Position numbers and translations under genes: made by a program. From Eledone cirrhosa (taxonomy: Eukaryota): a stretch of DNA of 64,000 nucleotides. The stretch lies in assembly GCA_964016885.1 (NCBI GenBank), contig OZ024757.1, positions 37,820,001-37,884,000 on the forward strand. Reading direction: 5' to 3'. Under the pieces are notes generated by a model. It did not search any database. It was given only the letters and a program-made list of their open reading frames with translations, and was not told the origin of the DNA. Positions within the stretch are counted from its first letter, which is position 1, and each line of letters opens with the position of its first letter. Positions 18,097-32,724 of the stretch are shown here, in pieces.

Positions 18097-18768
18097 AGAG
18101 AGTTAGATAGGTAGATTAGTACATAATAGACATGGTTAGATGTAGACGAGACACCATTTCGAGAGATGGATAGATGCTGGAGGGAATTGAGAGAATAGAA
18201 TAGAATAGAATAGAAACATCGATGGATAGATATATTGAAAGATGGCAAGACTGGGACTGTTTCGGGAGATGGATGGATATATGTTGGGTGAGTGAGATAT
18301 TGAGAGAAGAATACATAGATCGACAGATCGATAGATAAACAGCTAGATAGATATATGAATAGAGAAAGATAGAGGGAGAGAGAGAGGCATAGAAAGAGAG
18401 CAAACGAGAGAGAAGTAATCAGAGGACGAAAGAGAGGAAGAGAAATAGTCAGGATGTATGTTATGGGGGGAGGACAAGTGTAGGAGGTGGAAAAATCAAT
18501 GCAGTGTTATTTAAAATGTCAAAACGTTTCCCAATTTTCCAATGACTTCTCGTCAAATATTAAACACAGGTAATAATGACGCTATAAATGTCTAATTTCT
18601 CTTCATTATTCTCGAAATGTTTTAATGTTTCTGCAATGGGAACAGTTACACGTTACACAAAGATTTTATAGGTTTCAATGTTACAGAAAGCTCTCGGCTC
18701 ATTAAACTTTTATATCTTGTTGTTTTGCGTTATTTCTATCCACTAACACTTTCATATTCAGTAAACAC

Positions 18769-19500
18769 AATTCAACTCCCCAATTATCTACAGTGTGTGG
18801 TTTTTTTTTTTTTGGCTTTGTTTTAATTATATTTTGTTTTTTTTCTGGTGTGTGGTGGAGAGGTGGGTGTTGCCTTCAATTAGTTTTATTTATTTTATAT
18901 TTGTATGTGTGTATGTCATTGCTTCTTTTTGGTATGATTGTGTTCGTTGTTGATTTTGTTCCCCTATCTGTGTTTCGATTGTGATGACGTGATCACCAGG
19001 AAAATATATTTATATAACGATATTTCACACCACTAAGTCTTCATATTCAATATATACAATTCAACTTCCATCCCATCCCCACCTCATTACAATTATCTAG
19101 ACTGTGTGTGTGTGTTTGTGTTTTGTGGTGGTGGTGGTGGTGTTGGTGAGAGTGTGTGCCTTCATTTAGCTTCTTTATTTGTTTATATTTATCTGTGTTC
19201 GTCATTGCTTTTTGTATTTGTTGTTGGTTTTGTTTCCCCTACCCGTGTTTCGATTGTGATGACGTGATCGTCAGGACAATATATTTATATAGCGTTTTTT
19301 CAACTTCCCTTAGAATTATCTACAAGGTATGTTTTTCTGGTTTTGTCTGTTTTTTGGGGGGCGGTGGGACTGGATGTTTGCCTTGATTTAGTTTTATTAG
19401 TTATATTTTCGTGGATGCCATTGCTTTTTTTTTTTGTACGTTTTTGTTTTGGCTCCCCATCTGTGTTTCGATTCTGATGACGTGATCATCAAGAAAATAT
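18769..19500 (-). repeat. Tandem trimer of a ~220-280-bp unit, each with an HHR-like core
   Basis: Three copies of gtgtttcgatt.tgatgacgtgatc..ca.ga.aatat at ~18970, ~19245 and ~19463. Confidence 0.8.
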
Positions 19501-19737
19501 ACGGTTGGAAAAGCTTACGTCTGCAATTGATCCGGTTGGATCACCACCGAACGGAAAATATCCGAGCTCATGGATGTTATCCTTTACTGAACCCACTCTT
19601 TCGGGGGTGGGTTGTGAACGGGGGCGGCTAAACCCTAGGACTTCCTACCGATTGCTTTTATTTTTTTTTTGCCCGAAAGAATATCTGACTGTCAAGCGAT
19701 TCTTTCCTTGAGATATTCTAACCAGATTATATTTTGA

Positions 19738-19769
<32 letters not shown>

Positions 19770-19945
19770 ATCTTTACTCGCAGTGGCGGGTGGTGGACAG
19801 AGGTGTTTAAACCGTGGGTCTTTTTACCGTTTGTTTGCTTTTTTGCATGAAAGAATCTGTCCAGCTATTCTTTCCTTGAGACAATACTAACCACATATTT
19901 TGAAAAAATAAATCCCTCAAAACACACACACATATATATATATAT

Positions 19946-20160
19946 AAATAATTACAACAGTGATATAAACAGGTACTCAGGTTTCGTTGGGTTCTGGGCC
20001 CCAATTTCTTCAGCCTGTCATGAGAAATATAAAAGCAAACATTATTTTTCTCAGGACAGGCTGAATGAATTGAGGTCCAGAACCCTACGAAACTTGGGTA
20101 CTTGTTTGTCACTGTTGAAATTATTTATACTAAATGAAATTATTTATACTAAACTAAATT
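19946..20160. mobile_element. Family K fold-back element
   Basis: 19946-20028 is inverted at ~20044-20128; left end abuts (TA)n. Confidence 0.8.
19969..20018 (-). ncRNA. Minimal type I hammerhead ribozyme
   Basis: acagg-CTGAAGA-aattggggcccagaacccaac-GAAAC-ctga-GTA-cctgt. Confidence 0.75.
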
Positions 20161-20258
20161 TTAACTCTCGGCACTGGGGCGGGGGTGTTTAAACTCCAGG
20201 TCTTTCTATAGTCTGGTTTTATTGCCTGTACAGCGATTGTTTCCTTGAAACATTCCAA

Positions 20259-20295
<37 letters not shown>

Positions 20296-20299
<4 letters not shown>

Positions 20300-20620
20300 A
20301 CTGAATAATAACAGGTAGACATGATAAAAAGGTAATTTATTCTGTGTGCTTACAAATGTTTCCACGGTGCTTATACAGCCTAGTTATGCTATGTGCATAA
20401 CTAGGCCGTATAACGTACCATGGAAACATTTGTAAGCTCACAGAATAAATTACCTTTTTATGATGTCTTTCTTTATCTACACTCCGGAATACAGAAGGAT
20501 CAGGAACTGAGTTTCTTCAACTATTCTTCCATAACTCGTTGAGTAACCTCTCACCCTACGTCAACTCTATCCAGTGTAGTAATTAACCATTACTGCATCC
20601 AGGATAATCCTATACCTAAT
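20296..20620 (+). mobile_element. Family E fold-back element with only the 3' half of an HHR
   Basis: ~75-bp arms around the centre gctatgtgc; GAAACatttGTA on both arms; (TA)n on both sides. Confidence 0.7.
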
Positions 20621-20644
20621 ATATATATATATATATATATTTAT

Positions 20645-20833
20645 ATTTATTAAAATAACAGATTAAAGTTTAAGCAAAGAATCGCTGCTTTCACCCTTAA
20701 CGGGATCTTCTTTGCTTAAACTTTAATCTGTTATTTTAATAAATATTTGCTCTACGGTTCTTATATATTTGATATATATTTATCCTTATCGAGCCCTCTT
20801 TGGATTTTAGTCTTCAAATTTATTATTATTACT
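20645..20833 (+). mobile_element. Family A fold-back copy
   Basis: Inverted arm joined to the long arm at a ttct microhomology (~20707-20710). Confidence 0.85.
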
Positions 20834-21494
20834 ATATATATATAGTAATAATATATATATATATATATGCGTATTTATATATAATATTTTTATGATATCA
20901 TTGTTTTATAACAACAAAACAAGAGTGGCAGTCGTCACAGACAACCAAATTACAAGAGTCCGTGTTCAAATAGGCGTATTACAGTATTGTATTCCTAATC
21001 AAATTTGCAATATCTCTTCTATTTTATGATATTATATATCTTATCATATTCTTTAGTTAGATATTTAAAAAAAATAAACCCAATAACAACAAATTTATAT
21101 TACGCTTTATTATATTTCCATTATTGTATTTTATTGTTTTTGTATTATATTGTTGTTGTTGTTGTTGTTATTTATCTTATTGCAATTTATCAATTTTCAT
21201 GTACTACAACTTAAACAACTACACAACTATAATAGATTTACATATACGTATATATGCATATATATATATATGTATGAATGTATGTGTATGTATGTATGTA
21301 TGTATGTATGTATGTATGTATGTATGTATGTATGTATGTGTATATATCTATTTATGTATATATATATATATATATATACATACAGTAGATATATTAAAAC
21401 GTATCTCTCCCTCTCTCTCTATATATATATGTATATATATATATTTATATATGCTTATATTTATAGTTGTATATTATATATATATATATATATA

Positions 21495-21563
21495 GGAACA
21501 AGTACGACCCCAGCGGCAGAGCTCAAGCCGTTTCAACGGCTATCCTTACCACATTTCCTTCGT

Positions 21564-21565
<2 letters not shown>
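21495..21565. mobile_element. Family B minimal fold-back copy flanked by a long direct duplication
   Basis: Short inverted arm plus the last ~23 nt of the long arm (tccttaccacatttccttcgtta). Confidence 0.8.
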
Positions 21566-21596
<31 letters not shown>

Positions 21597-22494
21597 GCTT
21601 ATATTTATAGTTGTATATTATATATATATATACTGATATCTATAGATGTCTCTCTCTCTCTCTCTCTCAATATATACAATATATGTATAGAGACAATTGA
21701 CATGAGACTGACTAGGCTTGATTCAGACACGAAATATTTGCCAATGAAAGTCATCGTAGAGATTGTTACTCGATTGTTTCATTTAATTGTATATCAATCT
21801 ATATTGTACAAGACATTATAACACACAGATGCACGCCTCTTATGGTGTATACACATATGTATATATATATATACACCAGTATGCGTGTATATGGGCCCCC
21901 AAAATAATTTTCTTTTATCTCATTATTTAATTTTCCACACATAAACTATTATTAGATTAAATGAAATGAAGAGGAGATAGTGTTTGCAGAGTGGAAGAGA
22001 AATTATGACCGTAAATGGCAATGTAATGGAAAGATAACTCACACATTACTAGTCTATAATATCATACACATACTTACACACACACACATATATATATACT
22101 CGTATATACATATATTTATAGATTTATATATATATATGTGCATAAATATATTTAAATATATAACAAGATTAATATATAAATATGTATATATATATATTTA
22201 TATATATGTATGTAAGTATACATATATATATGTAAGTATACAAATATATATATATTCATACATACACACAAATATGATTGTATATATATATATGTATAAA
22301 TGTATATGTATGTATATATATATATATATATGTGTATATATATGTGTATGTATATGTATATATATGTGTATGTGTATATATATATATGTAAGTATATATA
22401 TATATATATATATATATATACTCATATATATATGATTGTATATATATATGATTGTGTGTATATATATATATATATGATTGTATATATATATGAT

Positions 22495-22527
<33 letters not shown>

Positions 22528-22532
22528 CATGG

Positions 22533-22563
<31 letters not shown>

Positions 22564-23379
22564 CATTGTATATATATATGTATTTGTATATATATATGTA
22601 TATGTATATAAGTGTATATATATGTATATATGTATGTATATATATATATGTATATATGTATGTATATATATATGTATGTGTATTTATATGTATGTGTATT
22701 TATATATATATATACATATATACATACATATATACATACATATATAATACCAATTTATGTTGGGAGAATGACAGACGTTTTCTTTCTCAAATTAATATAA
22801 GTTAAGGTATATTCGATATCTGTGTAATAACCACGTGATGCCGTGAAAGATGAAGAAAAAAACTACATCATAGAAATCTATTATGGTCATAGTAGCTGTT
22901 GTTATTGCTGTATTTATGGTACCGTAGGCGTCATATTTTTTAAGTTGTTAGTGTCGTGGTGTCTTATATTCTTAAAGGTTTAGAATTATATATATTATTT
23001 CATTGTTTTATGTTTCTCTGCCATTTGTCTGCATTCTGATACTTAGATTTTATGAGGATTTAAAAAAACTGTCTTAGTTTGTTTGATCGTGCACACTCGT
23101 ATTTTGTCGTTCGCCTTTTGTTGAACCGCTAAGTTATTAAACATAAACACTGACACTTATAAGGTTTGACGCATACATGTATATATATTCTATCTTATAA
23201 AAATATATATGCATATATTTATATATGCATACATATAAATGTGTTTACAAACACACATATACATATATATATGCTTACATATATATCTGAATGTCTACCC
23301 ACACACATAAATGTGAGTGTCTACATACACACATATATATATATATATATACATATATATATGTATATGTGTGTCTGCG

Positions 23380-23435
<56 letters not shown>

Positions 23436-23437
<2 letters not shown>

Positions 23438-23748
23438 GGAGGTGAGTTTTATTGTAGTACAATAAAGCAATGCAGATATCGGATAAGAAGCACTCTACAG
23501 TTTGTGGGACTGGAGTATGCATAATATAAGATCAAAAGATGGTTAAAGGAGTTCAATATTTTTTATTATGCGCATTTCAAAATCATATGTTGATTTAAAA
23601 CTGCACTATCAACAAGTGTTTTTTTTAGCCTTCATATCATGTTCTCCTGTTTTATCTGATGAAAACACAAATATTATTGTTTGATGATGTTTGTTTTTGA
23701 AATGCGCATAATAAAATATATTGAACTCCTTTAACCATCTTTTGATCT

Positions 23749-23755
<7 letters not shown>
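23436..23755. mobile_element. Family J fold-back element
   Basis: 23521-23582 is inverted at 23695-23755; (TA)n on both sides. Confidence 0.85.
23650..23716 (+). ncRNA. Minimal type I hammerhead ribozyme with palindromic stem III
   Basis: ttttat-CTGATGA-aaac...gtttt-t-GAAA-tgcgca-TA-ataaaa. Confidence 0.8.
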
Positions 23756-23816
<61 letters not shown>

Positions 23817-24084
23817 ATATATTTTTTCTTCTTTTTCTTTTTCTTTTTCTTTTTCGTTTTCGTTTTCTTTTTCCTCTTCGTCTTCGTCTTCGTCTTCGTC
23901 TTCGTCTTCTTTTTCTTTTTCTTCTTCTTCTCCATCCTCATAACAAATTACTAATCTTTCTTTATATATATATAATTTAATTCCATTCTCCTCCCAACCA
24001 ACTCCAACATAATGTCTCATATTATTCTATTGTTTACATTTCACTTATTTCAAAATGTAATTTCTAAAGTTATCATTGTTATTT

Positions 24085-24116
<32 letters not shown>

Positions 24117-24194
24117 GTTATTTAATATTTTTATCTGTTATTGTGTAATGAGAGAAGACAAGACAGTTTTTTTTTCTCTATCATTCATATTCCT

Positions 24195-24233
<39 letters not shown>

Positions 24234-24784
24234 ACATTTACATATAACTGTATATATATATAACTATATGTAAAGACATTTACATATAAAGGTATATAGA
24301 TATATATGTATGTGTGTGTATATATATATATATACATTTACATATAAATGTGTATATATATATATATACAATATGTATGTATACTAGAATATATGTGTGA
24401 ACACTAGTTAGGGTATGTGTGCGTGTCTGTATATTCTAGCTACACACACACACACACACACACACAACGACGGCGTATAAGAGACCATTATAATTATTTT
24501 TTTTTTTAAATTTGATTAGACATAATTCTTGACGAATTCAATAGTAGATTAGTATAGGTTGTCGTTACAATTGACGATGTAACACCCATAATCATCTGTC
24601 GCTAGACTGTTATCCCTCCCTCCCTCCCAACATCGACCGGCACTCCTCCCACCACTACGACCACCACTCCTACTCTCTTACCAAGGAATGTGTCAGCAGC
24701 CATTGTTACGTTGTTAACTCTTCACATTCTCTTTTACTCTTTTACCTGTTTCAGCCATCCGACCGAGGCCATGCTGGGGCACGG

Positions 24785-25020
24785 CCGTTGTTGCTACACA
24801 TTTTATCTCCAGCCTGTATTGGTTGGCAACAGGTGCAAGAGGGAGTTTGTTGCTGCTGCCCTTAGGTTTCCCTCGTGCCTTGCTGTGGGCTCATCCGGGA
24901 TCCTGGATAGCAAGGTATCGAGATGTTTCTTGAAAACATCCACGTACACAGCATGCAGATCTCTCAGATCCCTCGGCAGCTTGTGGAAGAGTTGAGGGCC
25001 CTTGAACACGAGGCTATTCT
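24785..25020 (-). mobile_element. CR1/Jockey-group LINE 3' end relic
   Basis: FKGPQLFHKLPRDLRDL..VDVFKKHLDTLLSRIPDEP resembles the C-terminus of CR1-group ORF2. Confidence 0.75.
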
Positions 25021-25021
25021 G

Positions 25022-25203
25022 TAATAATTTTCTACTTTTGGCACAAGGCCAGCAATTATCCAGTACATTACTGGTACTTTATTTTATCGACCCCGTAAGG
25101 ATGAAAGGCAAAGTTAACCTCGGCGGGATTTGAACTCCGAATGGCAAGGGCCGTAAGTCTATCCGTCAAAGCATGGCGTCCGACCCTCTACCGATACTGC
25201 CAA
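25022..25203 (-). mobile_element. Full-length SINE copy
   Basis: Reverse complement of 11568-11745. Confidence 0.9.
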
Positions 25204-25470
25204 TAATGTGGTATACACATATATTTCAAGGGCGGGATTGTTTTGTTAATTGAAATGTTTGTAGTGTCTTTATTTGTGGATTTCTATTTGTGAAAAAGGT
25301 ATAATAGTAGACGTCTTCCTTTCTTCTTCTTTATATTCTTCTTCTTCTTTTTCTTTTTCCATATATATATATATATTTATACGTATGTATATAGATGTTT
25401 ATACATATGTAAATATATATGCACTGCCCCCTCCACACACACACACATACATACATACATACATACATAC

Positions 25471-25504
<34 letters not shown>

Positions 25505-25601
25505 TGCCTGAGTATGTATTTGTTTCTTCTTCTTGCATATATATATATGTATATATATATATATGTAGATAGATAGATATGTATATACACACACACACAC
25601 A

Positions 25602-25637
<36 letters not shown>

Positions 25638-26051
25638 GCCTGAGTATGTATCTATGTTTCTATGTATATATGTTTATGCGTAAAATAGACAGTACCGCGA
25701 GAATTGGTTCTGTTAGACATTCCAGAACAGAAAAGATTCGGCCGGAATAATTTAATTAAAAGTTTATATATATTGGAGAGAATATTAAATGGAACTGTTG
25801 ACCATCGACTTAAACACAGCTTCTGGCTAATCGTAATGAAATTTGAGATAGTCTGTCGTAGATTCGGTACATAAGCCAATGTACACACAGACTTATATAT
25901 ATACAAATATACATAAACACACACATACATATGCATAATGGAAATATTTACCTATTTACATTAATATATATATAGACATATATGTGTGTGAACACATATA
26001 CGTATATATACTTATATATGCATATGTACATCTATATATATGTATATATAA

Positions 26052-26103
<52 letters not shown>

Positions 26104-27084
26104 ACGCGCACACGCGCACACGCGCACACGCACACGCACACGCACACGCACACGCACACACACACACTATATATATATATTGAAAAATATGTACAAATAT
26201 ATATTAGCATATCTATAGAAAAATATATGTATATAAACAAATATATATATATATACATACATTTTGGTATAGATATTCATATATATTTTTATATATTTTC
26301 CAAAAAAGAAATATATATGTGTGTCTGTGTGTATATATATATATATATATGGATGTGTTTATATATATATATACAAAAATATATATATACATACAAATAT
26401 ATATATATATATATATACATACACAAAAATATATATACATACACAAATATATATACATACACAAATATATATATATATATATATATACAAAATATATATA
26501 TATATATACAAATATATATATATACACAAATATATATATATATATATACAAAAATATATATATACACAAATATATATATATATATATATATACATACAAC
26601 AATATATATATATACAAAAGTATATATATACACACATATATATATATATACAAAAATATATATGTACACAAATATATATATATATATACATATATACAAA
26701 AATATATATATACACAGATATATATATATATATATACAAAAATATATATATACACAGATATATATATATATATACAAAAATATATATATACACAGATATA
26801 TATATATATATACAAAAATATATATATACACAGATATATATCTATATATACAAAAATATATTTATACACAAATATATATATATATATATATACACAAATA
26901 TATATATACACAAATATATATATATATATACACACACGCACACCCCCTCCCCCTGACAGGACGGCCGGGAATATCTATCAATGTTAACATATTTCCCTTA
27001 TGCCAGTGTATAAACTGTTTTGTGGAAATGAGATGAAAGAGTAATTGTACAGTGCAATTAGGTTGTTACGTGTATTATATATAT

Positions 27085-27121
27085 ATATATATATATATAT
27101 ATTTACGTCTGTATATATATT

Positions 27122-27159
<38 letters not shown>

Positions 27160-27219
27160 CGTCTGTATATATATTTACATGTATATATATATATATATAT
27201 TTACGTCTGTATATATATT

Positions 27220-27259
<40 letters not shown>

Positions 27260-27345
27260 CGTCTGTATATATATTTACATGTATATTTATATATATATAT
27301 ATATATTTACGTCTGTATATATATTTACATGTATATTTTTATATA
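27085..27345. repeat. Five units of tttacgtctgtatatatatttacatgtat separated by (TA)n
   Basis: Direct reading. Confidence 0.9.
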
Positions 27346-27388
27346 TATATATATTTATATATATATATAATTACACATAGACGCACAC

Positions 27389-27427
<39 letters not shown>

Positions 27428-27624
27428 GTATATATATATATATCTTTGTATATATTTGTATATATATATTTGTATATATATTTGTATATATTTGTATATA
27501 TATATATATTTGTGTATATATATTTGTATATATATATTTATATATACTTACACACGCATATCAATATTTGTGTATATATATATATATATATATATTTCAT
27601 ACACACAGACACACACACACACAG

Positions 27625-27663
<39 letters not shown>

Positions 27664-27989
27664 ATCAACCATGTTTTTGTAGAATATATATATGTAGCGC
27701 AATCTGTGCGTTAGTGACTGTGGCTAGGCATGCGTGTGTGGTAACTCTCTGTGGAGTGAGAGATATGGCGAAAGAGGGAGACTGAGAGAGAGGTAGACAT
27801 TGTAAAATAAATCAGACATTGTTTGTTCAACCATCAATATAATTATTTTCTTCCTGCAAGGCGTGAAACTGATACAAATGAGTAATTAGTAGATATAACA
27901 TGAAATAATATTATAGGACAGTTGTGAATCAGAAAGCCATACATCTCGTGGCATATCAAACAATCTTTGTATATGATACCTTAATACAA

Positions 27990-28570
27990 TCTTTTTTATT
28001 TTTCGATATATATTTGCTCTAACACTCGTAGCGCTGATACAGTATTTATACTTAATCTTGGTCGCACGTTGATATCTATCTACACAACTCAAGCATTTCT
28101 GATCTAGTAATAAGACTTATTCTTCGTCTCAAGTTGATAAATCTCTACTCAACACCCCCTCATCCGTGATAAAGTATTGAGACTTACTCTTGATCTCAAT
28201 TTGAAATATATCTGGCTCACGCACGTATTCCTAATGCAGTATTTAGACTTAATCTTGGTCTCAAGTTGATATATACATACCTTAACTCAAACATTCCAGA
28301 TCTAGTAATTTGACTTATTCTTCGTTTCAAGTTGATATATATCTAGCTCAACGCACGTATTCCTGATACAGTATTTAGACTTGATCTCAAGTAGATATAT
28401 AATATCTGCTCAACGACCCTTCATTCGTAATGTAACCTTCATCTCAATTTGATATTCATGTCTGGCCCAATGTACGTATTCTTGATGTCGTATCTAGACT
28501 TATTATTCGTCTCAAGTTGATCTATATCTACCAAATACACATAGTCCTGATGTAGTATTAAGACTTCTCT
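27990..28570. repeat. Degenerate ~60-70-bp tandem array
   Basis: Recurrent agactt...tctcaagttgata...ctcaa, about 8-9 times. Confidence 0.8.
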
Positions 28571-28940
28571 GCCATAAAGCATGATGTGCCAATCCACCAC
28601 ACCCATATATATATATATAATATATATATAATAATAACAATAATTGTTTCTACTTTTTGGCACAAGGCCAGCAATTACTTTATATCATCTCTATTTATTT
28701 CAGTATATATATTTCGAAGATACAAAGTTTTACGTATAACATAAAGCAAAACATGTTCTCCTCAAACAAAATATATAGAAAATGTATAATTCTTTCCTGA
28801 TATAATGGTAGACGAACGAACTGGACAGATCGGTGACCACAAGAGATGTCAACATGAATGGACCTGTTATTTTTTATCTAAAGTCATATTTTCCAATTCC
28901 AACCCGCCTGTCCCCTCAATCTATCTTATTTCTCATTCTT

Positions 28941-28976
28941 TCTTCTGATGAAGGACTATCGTCCGAAACGTTAAGA
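28941..28976 (+). ncRNA. Minimal hammerhead ribozyme (family G)
   Basis: tctt-CTGATGA-a-ggac-tatc-gtcc-GAAA-CG-TT-aaga; stem III is the AACGTT palindrome. Confidence 0.8.
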
Positions 28977-29448
28977 CCCTCTTCCTGCTATATCAAGCGT
29001 TACCCTAATATATCCCTTCCATATACTGTACCGATTGTGTTGTTATTTCTGTTTACCTTTTACTATATATTGAAAAGAAATGACAATCTATAGATGTAAA
29101 TTCATACAAATTCCATTCAGAAGATTTTGCTTAAACCCAAGCAATAGCAGAACTCCCTTATAAATACCACGGATTAATGTACTTAAAACAGACCTGACAC
29201 AACTTGGGAATGAAACGAAATTTCGATCTACATAACCAAATATATTACTCTTTTCAGTTTAACCAAACGATAACAATGGCGTTCATAAGGGCGTCCATTT
29301 TATTTTTACAAGCTTACATTTCGTGTGTTTCTAAATTATTTTACCAAACACTGTATGTTGGGAATATAGAAACGACTAGCTAAAGATTGATTTTAATGGA
29401 AGCCGATATCATCATTATTATTGTTAGTTGTAGTAGTAGTAGTGGAAT

Positions 29449-29480
<32 letters not shown>

Positions 29481-30000
29481 TTTTGGATTGACGTATCAGC
29501 GCCTGTGAAATTTATGATGAGTTTATACTCCAGATTTTGCGTGCAAATGGTTTGAATCAAGTTTCTATTGATTAAAATAATGCAAGTTTATGTTATAGCA
29601 AAACGAAATGATTCAGATGCTTAGCAAAATAGATTACCACACACTTTCGTAACGTGAATAATAAAGATATATAAAGTGGAGAGTTGGTCAATAACAATTG
29701 TGTATCTTTGTATGTGTGTGTATGTCTATATACATACATGTGTATATATCTATATATCTATATATATATATATATATATTAATATAACTATATGTTTATA
29801 TATATATGAATATAAATATATGTTAACACATATGTATATGTGCGTATAAAGGTATATATATTAGTAGCAGTTATATAACTGTATACTATCAGACCTCATA
29901 TAATGTTTCGATCAGACCGTCTTCTTCGGAAACTATATATATGTATATGTAAATAAATGTACGTTTCTAACACACACACACACACACACACACTCTCTCT

Positions 30001-30049
<49 letters not shown>

Positions 30050-30327
30050 TTAACACACATAAGCAACCTAGAACGGTTTATTTCTAGCATTTACATAGGT
30101 TTCATGCTGAAAGAGTCCTCCTTATAAGATTCTCTAACCCGAACTAGAGAAACCGAAAAAACATATCTCTTATATATATATACATGCATACATACATATA
30201 CACATACATATATGTATATATATATGTATTCAGCCATTTTCTCTCTCTCTCTCTCTCTCTCTCTCGCTCTATACACATATATATATATTGTGTGTGTGTG
30301 TATATATGTATATGTGCGTATATACTG

Positions 30328-30359
<32 letters not shown>

Positions 30360-30567
30360 ATAAATATATATATTATATATATATGTGTGTGTATATATAT
30401 ATATATTTGCATAATTTGTAAAAAATCTTACCCCGTAATTATATAGAAAACATTTGTTACCTGATAACTCTTTCACTTTTACAAGTGAGTATACAAAAAG
30501 TTGGAAGAGAAATGCAGGATAAAAGGAATGAAGTGATGATTATATATATATATATATAATGACTAAC

Positions 30568-30599
<32 letters not shown>

Positions 30600-30730
30600 T
30601 AGTCATTAAGTACAGAACTACATACATATATAAATATTATATATTTAATATTATACTGTATCTTTATTTTAAAACATTTTGAACGTACATTTATTCATAT
30701 GTATATCGCTATTTCAGAGCAGCAATACGA

Positions 30731-30783
<53 letters not shown>

Positions 30784-32203
30784 CACAAACATCACCTGAT
30801 TATTCCATTTATCCTGCATATCTCCTCCACGTTTTCTGTGTTCATTCGACAAAGTGAAAAAATTCGCACCTATTATACGTTTTCTTTATAATTTCGTAGT
30901 CACAATTTCCTACAAATTATGTAAAGAAATAAGTATATATATCTGTACCTGATTATTTTAACTAACATCTTTACACCGGTGTATTTAGTGTGTTTTATGT
31001 CTTCCATCTTGTTTCATCTTCCCTGTGTAGTGTTAATATTTGACAATCATCCTTGCTTACGATTTATACTGTAATACTGTATATATAATACTGTATATAT
31101 AATACTGTATATATACCTGATGATCTTATGGTTACATGTAATCTTGTTTATTTTAACTGTTTATTTGACTGACTTGTGTGTGTATATATATATATATACA
31201 TACACACACACATATATATGTATATAAATGTATATATATTAATATATATATTTATATATATATATACATACACACATATATATATGTGTGTGTGTATATT
31301 TATATATGTGTATATATGTGTGTATATATGTTTATATATGTATGTGTGTGTATACATATGTGTATATATGTATATATATGTATATGTGTGTATACATGTT
31401 TGTATATATGTATATATATATATATATTAATATATATATATATATAAATGTATATATATATATTATGTCTATATATACATGAATATATGTATATATATGT
31501 TAATATATATACATGTATATATATATATACATGAATATATATGTATATATATATTAATATATATATATACATGTATATATATATACATATATGTATGTAT
31601 GCATACATCCACTCGCATGTATGTATGTATGCATGCATGCATGCATGTATGTATGTATGCATGCATGCATGTATGCATGCATGCATGTATGCATGCATGC
31701 ATGTATGCATGTATGCATGCATGTATGTATGCATGTATGTATGTATGTATGCATGCATGTATGCATGTATGTATGTATGCATGTATGTATGTATGTATAA
31801 CCTCGCTGTTTATTCTCTCACTCTCTCTCTGACGGAAAACAAACAAACGTAGCATAAGCGAATTCTAAAACAAGGCAGCGTTCCTCCCTTGTGAGATGTA
31901 GTAACCGTGTTTTGGATTAAGAAACCTCCGGCGGAACCAATTAATTATCGGTCGACACTTCTACAGATAAACATATCTTACCATCCATAATCTTGTAACA
32001 CAACAAATCCACTTGCTATAGCGTTAAAATTGCCATGTATACTAACATTCTCCATTGCTGTACTTTCACCACTTCCATTACTACAACCAGCAGCGCTATT
32101 TACAGTTTCAAATCTACCACTACACCACTACACCACCACCACTCGACCACTACACCACCACCACTCGACCACCACCACCACCACCATTATTATTGGGGGT
32201 GGA

Positions 32204-32565
32204 TTGGCAGTATCGGTAGAGAGTCGGACACCTTGCTTTGAAGCATAGTTACGTCTCTTTATGATCTGAGTTCAAATCCCGCCGAGGTTAACTTTGCCTT
32301 TCATCCTTACGGGGTCGATAAAATAAAGTACCAGTAATACACTGGGTAATTGCTGGCCTTGTGCCAAAAATAGAAACAATTATTATTGGGCAGTATCAGT
32401 ATCGGTACAGGGTCTGGTGCCATGCTTTGCAGCATAGAGTTACGGCCCTTTATGATCTGAGTTCAAATCCCGGAGAGGGTAACTTTGTCTTTCCTTTTTA
32501 CGGGGTCGATAAAATAAAGTATTAGTCACGCATTGGGGTCGATTTAATCGACTTTTCCCTCCCCC
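32204..32565 (+). mobile_element. Head-to-tail SINE dimer with two different tails
   Basis: Two A/B-box heads and cores; first tail aattgctggccttgtgcc, second ggggtcgatttaatcgac. Confidence 0.9.
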
Positions 32566-32724
32566 AAAAGACCGAGGTGCAACAACAACAAAAAGACATA
32601 TGCAAATTCCAACGTACGACGGATGTACATCAAATAATATTCATATTTATATATATACACATACATACATTTATCTATACACACTTACATGCATGGCTTA
32701 CCACACTTACTTCGTTATATATAT

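Noticed and set aside
22745-23150. Possible HHR/PLE terminus
   Set aside because: Core motifs too degenerate to pair any stems
23822-23935. Poly-F / poly-KE ORFs
   Set aside because: Pyrimidine-rich simple repeat (ttc/ttcgtc)n
27990-28570. CRISPR-like spacing of a recurring motif
   Set aside because: Whole units are homologous and degenerate with no unique spacers, there are no cas genes, and the context is eukaryotic
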